Shown: positions 48,850-60,703 of the stretch, one piece after another | How the letters are laid out: the number at the start of each line of letters is the position of its first letter | Position numbering within the stretch: position 1 is the first letter of the stretch | Source: Amoebophrya sp. A120 | Lineage: Eukaryota > Protista > Dinoflagellata | NCBI GenBank assembly: GCA_905178155.1 | Contig: CAJINV010000004.1 | Location: 1,116,881 to 1,180,880, forward strand | Length of the DNA: 64,000 nt | Direction of reading: 5' to 3' | The notes under the pieces: generated by a model | What the model was told of the DNA's origin: nothing | What the model saw: only the letters and a program-made list of their open reading frames with translations | Database searches by the model: none | Translations under genes and position numbers: made by a program

Positions 48850-51800
48850 CTATCTCCCTAAACCTATGAACCCCAGCACAAAGACAACTGTGAAAGGGGC
48901 GGCAAATATAAAAAACCAATTAAAGTTTTCGTCAGAGAAGAACATAAACATTCTGTACCAACGGATCCCGCGCGTGTTGCCGTAGTATTCTTCCGTGTAA
49001 TGATCCTCGCAGACACGATTAAAGCTCACCAGCTCTAATTCCGATCTACCCAAAATATTCGGGAGAAAAACGTAGTAAATCAGAAACACGATGACCGGAT
49101 TCAACAAAAATTGGCACGCCTCAAATGCTATCCCAGATACAAAAGTATCGCACTTGTACTTTATGCATCTGTTTTTGATCATGCAATGAAGTGTTCTGCT
49201 TCCGCATCACAAAAGTCATGTGCTACAGCTTCGGCTTTTTGTATTGTATTTGATCCGCTCTTGTTTCAAACAGACACGGCGCCCGCTCTTTAGCCCTGCT
49301 ATACTTGCAGCAACCCGCCGGACAGCGAGGCTGTGGAGGCCCGGCGAAACGTAACCCTCCTACGCAGTCGCAACATCAAGTGGCGAGAGCTGGAGGAGAA
49401 CAGCGTGCTGGAGGTTTGTGGCCTTGGCAGACCGGCTCTTGCACTCGTTCCGTATAGTAGCACCAATCAGAGGGCGCACACCAGGTGGGCAACACAGATT
49501 GATTATACTACGGCGAAAGGATCCCGATTCGCGCTACCTGGGCGCGTCCCTTAATTGTCGTCTGACTTTAGGCCGGACGCTATCTGTGCGGCGCGCGGGT
49601 GCAGTTTGCCCGCCAGCGGTGCAAGGGGCGCAGAGCCCTGCTGTGCGCCCTTCGTCAAGAAGAGCGGCGCCGGCCCCGCCAGGGGGCTGGGGGTGCCCGC
49701 CAAGGCTTTCCCGAATAGCGCAGGCCCCACCGCTTCCGTCCATCCCCGGGAAGTGCCGCCAGCTGCTGCGCGCGGCGTGGGGCGCTAGGGCTTACGGCGG
49801 TGCGAGCGTGCCCACTGATACGGCCGAAGGCCGAGAGAGGCACGCCATGCCGGGCCTCTTCGCACACGACGCGGCAACACGCCCGAGGGCCTTCCTCGGA
49901 GTGGCTGGTCGGGCAGGGTGTGGCGCTGGGCTGTTCAGGTTAAGCCGGCCGAAACCCCACCACCATCTCACCCAACAGAGACGGCGAGGCGCCTCGCCTG
50001 CTCACCAGGAGCCTGCAAGGCTCGCCCGCTTCCAGAGCGGGGCTCTTCTTCAAGAACAAGAGAACAGCCACCAGGGGTAGGGGGATCGCGCGCAGGATTG
50101 CGGGCGCCGCCCTTCTTCACTCGCCAGGAGCAGCGGCGTATTGCCGCTTAGTTTGCGCGATTTGATGCGTCTACCTCTAGTAGCGCATCTGGGCACAAGG
50201 CCCCTCTCACGACTTCCCTTCCCACCAGGGGCGGGCTACAGCTTCGGCTTCCAAATTAGAATTACATACAGCAGCATTACAAATTCCATATCCATTCTTC
50301 ATCTTCTTTGTAATATGATGCAGTTACTACTAGTGCGATACTTCTGCCATGTATAAATGCGGTGGCGAAGCTGGATAGGTCTTTCTTCCTCTCTTCCACC
50401 GGCAGGTACTTGAATGTCATACTTAATTCGACCTTCTGCCGGCGCGTGACGGACACCGTGTAGAGAAATTCTTGCAGCTGGGTAACGATGAAGTAACTCA
50501 CCACCGTATCCAGAATTTCTTGGCTGCTCGTTGAGGCGACAAATTCCAGACCCGATATCGTCCTATGCACTGCAAAAGTACCAGTCTAATTTTTGCACTC
50601 GTACAACTAATCGCAATCATGCGCATCACAAATGCAAATCTGCGTTCCCATATTACGAAAACGACCTGGCTCATCTGCATGATATCGGTGATCTACCGGC
50701 AGGATGGCAGGGCGGCCGCGGCCTTCTACTAAAATCAGTAAAAAAGAACGCCCATCTGCATGACAAATTACAACTTTCTTCTTGAAAAGATCATTATTCA
50801 TTTGCTACACGATAGTTTTTCCTAGCACAATACTAGTACTTTTTCGATGCGTAAGTTAGGAAAAGGAGTAATAGCATCTGCGGCAGAAAGATAAGAAAGG
50901 AATAGGTGTAGCGCACCGTGTCTGTCAACCCCACGATTACCAAACACCCGGGTCTCGCTTCCAGTATGCACTGTAAATTTCCTGTACACTTACAAATGCC
51001 GTCTCTGCATGGAAAAACTTGGCTTCGATCCCAGTTTGGCATGACAAGTTTCACACTCCAAATTGGAGAAATTTGTGATGCATCTTGTAAATGTACGGTA
51101 AATTTGTATTGCATATCCAGGTGTCCGAGCCCACTAGGCGCGTATTCGGTTCGCTGGGAGACGCGAGCCACCCAGCGACCGAGGGAAAGGGCGGAACGGA
51201 TCTCGTTGCTAGCCTGCAGCAAGAACACGACCAGCATGCTCCTTATGCACTTTGCAAACATGATCGATCTGGGTCTGAAACTCATGGCAACTTGCGAATG
51301 CGATGCTGAAGAGTCTGAAGTAGACTGAATAAAAAGCTGTCTTGCGAAGTCAAAAAAAATTCCGCACTTTTTACCCCTTGAAGACGCAATTTTTTGGATC
51401 CAGGCTAGCCCTGATGAAGCTTGCCGATCTTGTCATGCTCTTCGCGCATTCCAATCGTCCTTCTTCTATTGCAGGTCCATAAAAATGCATCATGACAGAT
51501 GCCTGCATTCTTCCAGACCAAGACCAGCACATATCTGCAGTTGATACCGATGGTCAGGACAGGATTCGCGAGGGACAAGTTGCAGAAGGTTTGTTTGTCA
51601 TCGTCGGAGAGCGGGGCGAAAATCTGATGGATTTTTTTTGCATAAAAGTACTTAATCGTACTCTTCGCTTAACATGTTAATGAATTCATTGATATTATCC
51701 GCAAACAACATCAAATGCAAAGGAAAAAATGAAAATCCTCGACACCGTAAAAACCCTCATCGCTGTTTGTTTTTACCCAGAGAAAAACATACAGCAAGTC

Positions 51801-53918
51801 GAATTCAAAAGCCTGAAGGAGAATCCCCGATGATGAACAAGAAGATCATCATCAAGGGATATCGATATTAACTACTAGCAACTATAGGAAGTACCTCAGT
51901 CACATCCCTGGTCCCCTCTGGTACCAATCTGTGCACATTGGTTATGCACAGAAGAAAGTGGAAGTTCCACAGTTACACAGTGTATAGTATTGCGACAAGA
52001 CAAGACAAGCCACACTGACATCCTCTGCCATGCCGGACATATTTGTATTTGTGGCCGACTGCGCATTACAAGTTTTCGTTGTCAACATTTGTAGACAGGA
52101 GCGAATTCTTTGTGCATATAATTTTGAATTCTAACAAGTCCTCACGTGTTGATGACTGGGACACTTTTTTCCTGGATCATAGTACGGACAAACGTACTCG
52201 AGTCTACGCCACCCAGCCGAAAACTGACCGCCTGGATCAACAGGAACTGCAACAAGAACGTGAGCATCAACACGAACAGCGCGATCACCAATCTTGCCTT
52301 CGAATGGCAGACCGCCGCGGCTAAGTCCTTCCGCCCCAGCGATTCCGCCGTTCCCGTGGAAACGGAGATCAGCTCCAGCAAGCAGATCGCCATTAACGAC
52401 TCGTCCAGGGGTTCATACGGACTGTGGCGGCACAGATCAAGTTGGTCGCCACACTGGAAATCGAGCACTAGATCCCTCTCCTCCTGGTCAGGAGAAGCTC
52501 CTCCTGGATAAGAGCTCGTCCTGGTGGTACCCTCGTCGCTCTTACCATTCTTCGAAAACAACCGCAGCGACGTCGCCTGGCGGTCCGATGGGTACCTAGT
52601 CAGGGTGGATTTTGACGAAAACCGGACTAGCTCCTGCGGCTCTACTCCTTCGGGTAGCAACTGGTGCCCACCTCTCGACGGTGATCCCACTTGCAAGCTT
52701 GTTTTGGCTCGTGCCAGGGAAAGTAAAGGGTCGGTTTGTTGTAATTCCGCCTCTGAGTCGTCTTGTACTTGTTCGTCCTCCAATAATTCGCCTGTCTTTA
52801 GACTCGTGGTTGTTTGATGTTGCGGGACGAAATTTCCACCAAAACTTGCGGTTCCTAATGTACTGCTAGTTGTTCCTGCATCTGTACCTGTAGCAATCAT
52901 ATCTGGCGCAGGTCCACCAGCAGGTCCTCTAGTGCGAAGTCCGCGGGTATAATTCGTATCTTGTTCGGTGTCCGTCCGCAAGGTGGTGCTTTCCCTGCTG
53001 GTATCGAAAGGCGGCGTATTTCTCTGCCCGGGCGAGGCTATGCTTGTGCGTCTAGTTGCAATCGCTACATCATCCTGCTCATCTCCCGACAGGGTTCTGA
53101 GTCCGTCCGGCATAGTTATCCAAGAAAAAAAAAATGTATCAGTGTAGATGTCTACCTGGAATGACAGTGCATGACAGAGAAAACCTGTCATAGCCAGCTC
53201 GTATCAGTGAAAACACAGCACATGAAAAGAGGACTTCATGGGACCACGAGTCGGGCATCACAAAGTCCAAATGTAAAAAACGTCAAGGAACTGCCTTGCA
53301 TTTTCTGCATCACAGACTTTGACTTACAAATACACTTACACAAACACAGCTTTTTCCTTGCATAACAGTACCGTCGTCCGAAAACCCATCCATGCGGAAG
53401 GACGTCGGCAGTCTCGCCGGACTTCCCGGTTGGCTGTTGGATGCGTGTCGCTGGTAAAACGGCGACTGAGACAGCATGACCAGCCCCCGGTACGCATCGT
53501 CCGCCTGTGCGGCAGACGGGCGGAAGGAGTTGGTTTGAAGATTTGCGTTACCGAGCAAGGGGCTGCGCGGGTGCGGGGAGGACGGTGTGAACATCGCGCT
53601 GGGCACCGGGGTGACGTAATGCGGAGGAGGAGCAGCCGGGGTGGAAATGAGATTTATTCCAGTGCCACTTGATGATGTTCCGGTAGTTGCACCACCAGCA
53701 CCTCCTGCTGCAACTACAGGATACAAATCATCCTCCGCCGATGTCGTGTCTATGCGACCGGGCGCAACTCTTTTGGTCGTGTTTGTTCCGCGATTCGTCC
53801 GCAGTTCCTCGGCGTCGACAGCTGCACTTTTGCGTTTTATTTGCGCACGAGAGCCTGCAGATGAACCAGGTGAATGCAGCATCGCCGGGAGGTAGCCGCT
53901 CCTCGTCCTGTCGGCCAT
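48850..53918 (-). CDS. Multi-pass membrane protein with a long disordered N-terminus
   Basis: Several hydrophobic segments (LVIALFVLMLTFLLQFLLI; MLVVFLLQ; FLIFLPQMLLLLFLT; LLNPVIVFLIYYVF; WFFIFAAPFTVVFVLGF) joined in frame across 5 introners. Confidence 0.7.
49129..50355. mobile_element. Family-F introner enlarged to 1227 bp by a nested insert
   Basis: TIR tatcccagatacaaaagtatcgcact / agtgcgatacttctgccatgtata; TSD aatgc; removal gives FATAF-EACQF. Confidence 0.8.
49238..50234 (-). mobile_element. Nested ~1-kb GC-rich insert with a 16-bp TSD (probable 5'-truncated retroposed sequence)
   Basis: gctacagcttcggctt at 49222-49237 and 50235-50250; A-rich end (aatacaatacaaa) on the minus strand. 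Confidence 0.7.
50564..50853. mobile_element. Degenerate family-F-like introner
   Basis: tatgcactgcaaaagtaccagt / tactagtactttttcgatgcgta; TSD diverged; removing element + 5 nt gives LFLT-ISGLEF. Confidence 0.6.
50965..51115. mobile_element. Introner, family I
   Basis: TIR tatgcactgtaaattt / aaatttgtattgcata; TSD tccag. Confidence 0.85.
51244..51546. mobile_element. Degenerate family-A introner
   Basis: Eroded TIRs (tatgcactttgcaaa..tctgggtctga / ttccagaccaagacc..gcagttgata); removing element + 5 nt gives VLTIG-MLVVF. Confidence 0.65.
53117..53364. mobile_element. Introner, family G-like (opposite orientation to the 16054 copy)
   Basis: TIR tatccaagaaaaaa / tttttccttgcata; TSD atagt/acagt. 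Confidence 0.75.
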
Positions 53919-54783
53919 TTTTTTTTGTTTTAATACACTAGCAATAGCAGATGCAGATCGATATTATGGCGATAAAAAAGGGAGGGTAAAAAATCCAGAT
54001 TCATAGGTGCGAGGTCACAATTGATGTCATAAGCCAATACTTGTTACGTCATTTTACGTAAGTTGTAAGTATGAAAAGAAAACTTTATCCAGGCTGTCCT
54101 CGTATAAGGACAAGGCTGAGGGCAGAGAGCAGAAATACAATCAACCCTAAGATTCGATATCGAAACAACGGAGATAGGTGCGAGGTTTACGTTTCGGAAA
54201 AGATAGAGAAAATATGTATAAATGCAGTAATAAACTCATACCTAAAGTGATCATAGAAGTAGTACTTATCCCGAATAAAACCGAGTCACTTTAGTGCATG
54301 ATATTGATTCCGATCGCACAGAGACACATTATCTCCAGGTGTGGACAATGAATGAGAGCAAAACCGATCGTGAAGTCACCGAGTATTATCTCCGATAGAC
54401 TGCATATTAACCGAGGAAGTTTTTTCAAATACCCAAAAGATTGGGCGTTGCTTTCAACCGATTTTCATAGATAAACTCAACAAATGCACTTTTTAATTGT
54501 CAAAAACGTCCGTTCAGAGATCGAAGCCTCAGTGTATCCTTTTCTGAAAGCTGCTGCGCGAATAAACGGTCGCGCTCTGCTGCTGGTCTGATAGATTCAT
54601 TCGTGTCAGAATGCGTATCTTCGTCACATTCTGAGTTCTCTTCAATCAATCAAATCAAGGTGTCGCTTCAATCATGGAGGCTTGTGAATGAACCGCATCG
54701 ATCGTGGGTAATGATTAAAAAACTGCATCGAGGGTATAATTAGTCAAAAAGTGTATACAACTGCTCCGCTTTCTTTCGAACTA

Positions 54784-57700
54784 CTACTGCGTCTCCGGCA
54801 TTTTCAAAACTTCTACTTTTTTTTCCACGAACTCTTTCGCTTCCGAGGGTCTTTTTGCCGCAGGCTCCTTCTTACCAGAACCCCCACCAGGACTGCTATC
54901 TGCTGCATCTGAGGAAGTAGGCTTGGACCGTTTCAATGAAGTTTGGCTTATTTTCGTTACAGGAGCCGTTGAAGATGTTGTTGTTGTGCCATCAGCGGAA
55001 ACAACCTGTTCATCTTGCACGTCAGCAGTGGAGGTGCTAATCGTACCCATGTTGCCCACAACATCGACATGTTGATCCTGCTTTATTCCCTTATTCTCCT
55101 CCGCAGGAGCCTCTACAACTTTCGGGACAACATCAACTTCTACGACCACCTCAGCCGAACAAGCTGCTCCTGCTTTTTGTTTTTCTCCACCTGCTTCATC
55201 ATTCATTTTCTCCGTACTCGCTCCCCCAGGCGGCGCTCCCCCTGATTTAGTAGGTACCGCTGTCTGTGTTGCGGTTGTGCTGGCGGTCATGGAGGTACCA
55301 ACAACTGTGGAGGAAGGTGGAGGTACTACGCCCGGTACTTCTATTTGTAGTTCCTCGACGCTCTTTGTTCCATTCGTCACAGTTCTTGCCGTGGGCGCTG
55401 CAGGTCCTCCTCGTGGGGCGCTACGAAGATTCTCGGCTGGTGTAGCTTCTAGTTGTACCGCTTTTTTTACCGCCAGTGCTGCGCCGTTATTCATTTCCAC
55501 AACATCTTTATCTTTAACCGTTGACTCTACAAAGATCTTCGCGGGAGCACCGTTGTTCTTCGGCGTTTTGTTCGTTGCACTGGTAGTCGTCGTGTTAGAA
55601 GAAGAACCAGCCGCAGGGCCTGTCGTGGTCATATCAGCACTGGGCGCAATGGGAACAATATTCGTTTTATTCGCAGTTGTACTTGTTTCCCCCGTGTTGA
55701 CCTGCTTCGGAAAACCCGCCGCTGGCACTACACCGGCTTTATTATTATTTGCTGGTGGCGCGGCCGCCACCCCTGCATTATTTGTCAACGCATTCTTTAA
55801 AGCCGTAGTCGCACCAGCCAACTTCCTTGTGATGGTGGTCGAATTATTATTCCCAGAAGTTCCGTTCACGTTGTTCCCCGCAGCAGCGCCTACGAGAACC
55901 TGATTATTGTTGCCAAACATGTGTACCAGAGTGGTACTGGAGTTTGATTTCAGAATGTCCGGCCGGTCCTTCTTATCCTGTGCAAAAGTATCGCACTCGT
56001 ATTGCAGTCATGCATTACAAGTCTTTTTTTTAAGGTGAATAAGCATTACACGTTTTATTTTTCATGCTGCAGAAATTTGTAATGCATTTATACGAGTACG
56101 ATACTTTTGCAATTCATACTTCTTTAGCGGGATTTTCTCCATCGGAAACACGTCAAACCCCAATATCAAATGTAAAAATGTCTGGGTCTGGAAATTTGTG
56201 ATGCTGGATGGCGTCTCATGATGAGGCCACAAATGCTGGCTCAGCATGACAAGTTTCTGAGCTTCTAGGTGTTGTCTATTCTGCATGACAAACTACCTTT
56301 CTGCATCACAGAAAAGCTGAGCTCTTGGGCAACGTGCATGACAGATTAAAGAGTCATGCCAGACAAGCATGACAAACATGCATTCTTCCAGACCCAGACA
56401 TTTTTACAGTTGATACCCAACTCCGCATACCCATCCTTGTCAAAGGCCGGCGCAACCAGGTCGATCCAGTTGTACAGTGTCTGCCGCAGATCCAAATACT
56501 GGTTTCTACTTTTATGCGGCTTGTTTATTGGTTCCGAAGTAGAAATTGCGGACTGAAACTTGTCGATCGTTGTGTTGTTTTTGTTCATCGACTGACTTGA
56601 TGTTTTCATCATCATGTCCCCGCCAGAAGCTGCACCTCCACCAGAAGCTGCTGCCCGATTGTTGACGTGACAGTTCATTCCGAAATACCAACTGGTGCCG
56701 TATTTCGCCTTCTTCCGTTCTAGAGTGCCCGTGGAATTCTGCCAGTTTTCGCAGTCCTGCTGGAACTCGTAGGGGTAGAGCGCAGTTTCGAAAATAAACT
56801 TGTTCTTTTGCTCCCGGATATCAAATGCAAAAGTGTGTGGGTCTGGAATGTTGCCGGGTTTGTCATGCATATTTTGCTTGACCCAGGACGTCTGTAATGC
56901 ACGGCCTAGCATCACAGATTCTTAGAGGGCTTCCTGGTGCCTACTCCGCATGACAAATGCCCTCCCCGCGTAGCACAAACTAGACTCTTCTTGCTGGTCA
57001 TGCAATACAGATTTTTTTAGAGTCCAAAGTTAGCATCACAAGTTGCATCCTTCCAGACCCAGACATTTTTGCATTTGATACCGGAAGGCATCAAACTCCG
57101 CAATCAACTTCCTCAAATTCGTATCGCAAGAAAAAACTGTTTCACTGTGAACTTGTGACGCAGAAAACGAAACACCAAAATGTTTGTCTTGCTGCACCTG
57201 CAAGACATTGGATTTTCACGCGTGTTTTCCCTTGGGAAGCGCGCATGGCAAATTTTCTGTGTCATGTGTATAAAAAGCTGTGAAGATGCAGATCTTGCAA
57301 AATCACCACAGTGAAACAGTTTTTTCGTGGGATAATTCGCCTCCGTAAACCCGCGCAGCTTCAGAAACCGCTGCTTGTTGATGTCGTGTCGCACCTCGAT
57401 CCGTAAGTAGTAGCTGTAGTCTAGAAAAAAAGGCACTGGCTGGTACATCTCGCGCCATAAGGAGGGGAGAGTTTTCGTTTTTCTTTCCTCCTCCGAGAAC
57501 TCGGAGAACTCCTTCGGCTTCAAAAGCATCTCTTCAATCACTTTACACTGGGTGAAGCTCCGGGTGAGTTGTTTGATCAAAATCTCCTTTGTGGACTCGG
57601 TCACGTATCCCAGAGAAAAAAGCTGGCAGGGCATATTGGTTGATGTAATGCAAAAATACATAACTTGAACTTGTCAACATGGGCGGCCCCATATAAGCAT

Positions 57701-60700
57701 GCTGTTTAGGATACGCAATACAGGTTTTCTGTGTATTTGTTTTTGCGTTTACAAGACATATGACCTGCCTGCTTTTTTCTGTGTGATATCACGTTGTAAC
57801 AGGTGTTCATGTATGGATTGCAAAAATGTCTGGGTCTGGAAAATTGTAACTTGTCATGGTAAATCTGAAGCATGCAAAAATCTGTGTTGCATGAATGCCA
57901 AAAGCTGTCCACTATTGATCAAGTTGGAAGGGAGTTTCTCATGCAGAATAGGCATGGCAGAGACCTCGCAGAGTCGGTCATGCTAAGCCCCGCATTCCAG
58001 ACCTCATGGGTCATGGACAATCTGCATGACAAGTCTACAATCTTCCAGACCCAGACATTTTTACATTTGATATCATGCAGGGAAATGCCGGCGTCACGAC
58101 CGCCATGTGCTGGAAATTACCCTGGTCAAAGGAGTGCTTTTTGCTGATCCGGTGCAGGTAGCTCATATCGGACACCACCGGCTGCATCGGGATCGCGCGC
58201 AGGATCAGTGGCTTTTTGTCCCAGTCCCAATTCGAATACAATTCGAAAAACTTGAAAACCAAATGCGCTTCCGTCAATTTTTGGTACTTCTTGCACACAA
58301 AAGCCACCTATCAACTGCAAAAATGTCTGGGTCTGGAAACTTGTAATGCTGAAAGTGAATGATAGACGCACTGCAAAACGCAGCTATGCATGACAAATTT
58401 TTTGGCTGCCATGTGTTGCGTATTCCGCATGGCAAACAGCGTTTTTGCATGACAGGTAAGAGGGCCTTTTCGTGCCTCTGCAACACAGATTCTCGAGTCA
58501 TGCCAGACAAGCATGACAAACTAGCACTCCTCCAGACCCAGACATTTTTGCATTTGATACCACCAAGATCGCCCACGTGATCCCGCCGAAGTAGCCACAA
58601 ATGTTGGAATAAATTCCCCGCCGCTTGGCCCAGCACTTGATGAACCGAAGCACGTTTCGGAACTTTTTCAGGTTGTGAATCTTCGTCTCGTAGTCCGGCA
58701 CGACATTTTTTTTCTCATACGGACTCGTATGGAAGCGTCAGGTTTGAAATCGTCAAAGTTGAAATGATTTGTCATGCATAAAATGGATACCAGTTGGAAG
58801 CCCAATTTCCAAGCGGCGCATGACAAATTTTCGGAGCACCAAAATCCAATTTGTCATGCTGTTTGGGCACAGAAGACTGCTTTTGTCGTGCTCTTTTAGC
58901 AGCTCTATCCCAAACCCTAAATAGGCTTACAATCTGCCTCACTTGCCATCCCGGCAAGACAGGCACTTCATGCCTTGCATTTTCTGCATGGCAAATCATT
59001 TCAACTTTGACGATTTCAATCCTGACAGATCCATAACTCGTCGTGGTCACGTACTTTTGCAAAAAATTCGTCACCCGGATCCCGTTTAGCGCCCGCTGCG
59101 CGGGGGCGTCGAGATCAATTAACAAGTATGCATTGCAAAGATGTCTGGGTCTGGAAGAATGCAACTTGTGATGCTAGTCCTACACTCCTGTAAAATCTGT
59201 ATTGCATGACTAACAAAAAAGACGCCCTCTTTGGTCATACAAAAGCGCAGTTTCTCATGCGGAATGAGCATGAGAGAGCGTTCTGCAAACTTGTCATGCT
59301 TGGCTGCATTGGCAAATATTTCAGTCATCCACAGTTCAGCATCACAAGTTTTCAGACCCAGACATATTTGCAATGCATAACAAGTCGTCGCTGTCGATGT
59401 TGTCCGGGGACTGGAGCAACGCGGAAATTTTCGTGTCGACACTGGTCACCGCCATATCCTGTGCAAAAGTACCGCGCTCGTACTAATTGCAGATATGCAT
59501 GACAAGTCCAACTTTCTACCTGAAATAGCATGACAAATTGCATTTTTGTTCCTTGGAAAAATTTGTCATGCAATTTTATACTAGTACGATACTTTTGCGG
59601 TGCATACGCCAAGTCGCAGAACAAAATGTCCACGTCAACGTTGTTCCATCTCAGCGATAACGTCGGGTTCGCGGCGGTATCGATCCGGTAAAAATCTCGG
59701 ACTTCGGGCAGATTGGACAGTAGGTCGCCGAAGTTGGAGAGGAAGTAGTCCCGCAACCGGTTGCCGCCCTGCTCCGTCCAGCCGAAATTTGGGAGTTGGG
59801 GGACCACACACACCAGGTCGATGTCGGAGGAGTGGTTAATTACACCAAGCATGGAAGACCCGATGGTGCACACTTTGCCTGATAATTTTAGTAATTTGGT
59901 CGACGTGGAGTAGGAGTTAGTTGTAAAAAACAAAAATACGGTCGACGCTCATGATCCTGAGACCATATTCAGTACTGTACTTCTGATTCTACGGATAAAT
60001 TTTTCATCGAAAGTTTCTGATGCGTTCTGGTGTAGTCCCTTCAACGACATTGGTCATGCACAAAAAAAACCAAAAAGCACTTCACCAGTAGAAATAAATA
60101 AGCAAGTCCTACTACCATCTACACTCAACACAAGAACAGCACACCCTATAGTATACCTTTCCGCTCCACCCCGTCCTTGGGCGAGATCCGAAACAGCCAG
60201 TCATTTAACCGCTTTTCGATGTTTCGCTGGATGTCCGCCCGCACCCGCATGCCCTGCTCCGACTCCACCGGATAATCTTCGTCTAAAACCTTCATCATAT
60301 TTGCCGATTCCGCGACGAAGCAATCCGGGGACTTCGTGTTGCTTGTTGCGTTCAGGTAGACTGCGCCCGGGCGGGGAGCTGCTGGTGCTGCTGACTGCTG
60401 CATTGTCGTTGTGCTAGAATTCGTCGGATAATTTCCGTTGCTGTTATTTGCCGCTTGTGCTGCAGCTCCGGTTGAAGAACTAGTCCCGGCTGCAGCCCCA
60501 TTGCTGGATGAAGAAGTCGCCGCGGAGGTGCCCACTCGGACGGCGGCTTGCTGACCAGGTTGTACTACGGGTGCCGTCGGAGAGGACGCTGCTTTATTTG
60601 CAACTCCGGCCGCTCCGACAGCTGTTGTGCCCGCAGCAGCACGAGAATCCGCCGCGGCCACTGGCTTTGATGTGGCCGCTGCGCCAGCTGGAGTCGTTGT

Positions 60701-60703
60701 CAT
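54784..60703 (-). CDS. PAP: Canonical poly(A) polymerase, paralogue B (10 introners + 1 canonical intron)
   Basis: [12 protein letters not shown]; VDVDILF; ALNGIRVT; [28 protein letters not shown]; [14 protein letters not shown]; GFTEANLRKL; WYFGM. Confidence 0.93.
55974..56118. mobile_element. Introner, family F
   Basis: Family-F TIR; TSD cttct. Confidence 0.92.
56164..56415. mobile_element. Introner, family A
   Basis: Family-A TIR; TSD cccaa. Confidence 0.92.
56819..57080. mobile_element. Introner, family A
   Basis: Family-A TIR; TSD ccgga. Confidence 0.92.
57122..57334. mobile_element. Introner, family G
   Basis: Close relative of 42813-43021; TSD attcg. Confidence 0.92.
57606..57788. 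mobile_element. Introner, family C (opposite orientation to the 13954 copy)
   Basis: TIR tatcccagagaaaaaagc / gcttttttctgtgtgata; TSD tcacg. Confidence 0.9.
57812..58072. mobile_element. Introner, family A
   Basis: Family-A TIR; TSD tcatg. Confidence 0.92.
58309..58559. mobile_element. Introner, family A
   Basis: Family-A TIR; TSD ccacc. Confidence 0.92.
58728..59035. mobile_element. Introner, family H
   Basis: TIR tatggaagcgtcaggtttgaaatcgtcaaagttg / caactttgacgatttcaatcctgacagatccata; TSD actcg. Confidence 0.92.
59127..59379. mobile_element. Introner, family A
   Basis: Family-A TIR; TSD acaag. Confidence 0.92.
59455..59606. mobile_element. Introner, family F
   Basis: Family-F TIR; TSD cgcca. 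Confidence 0.9.

Noticed and set aside
49418-50080. 220-aa ORF as a transposase or tyrosine recombinase for the introners
   Set aside because: No DDE or R-H-R-Y motif recognisable; composition is typical of GC-rich non-coding frames
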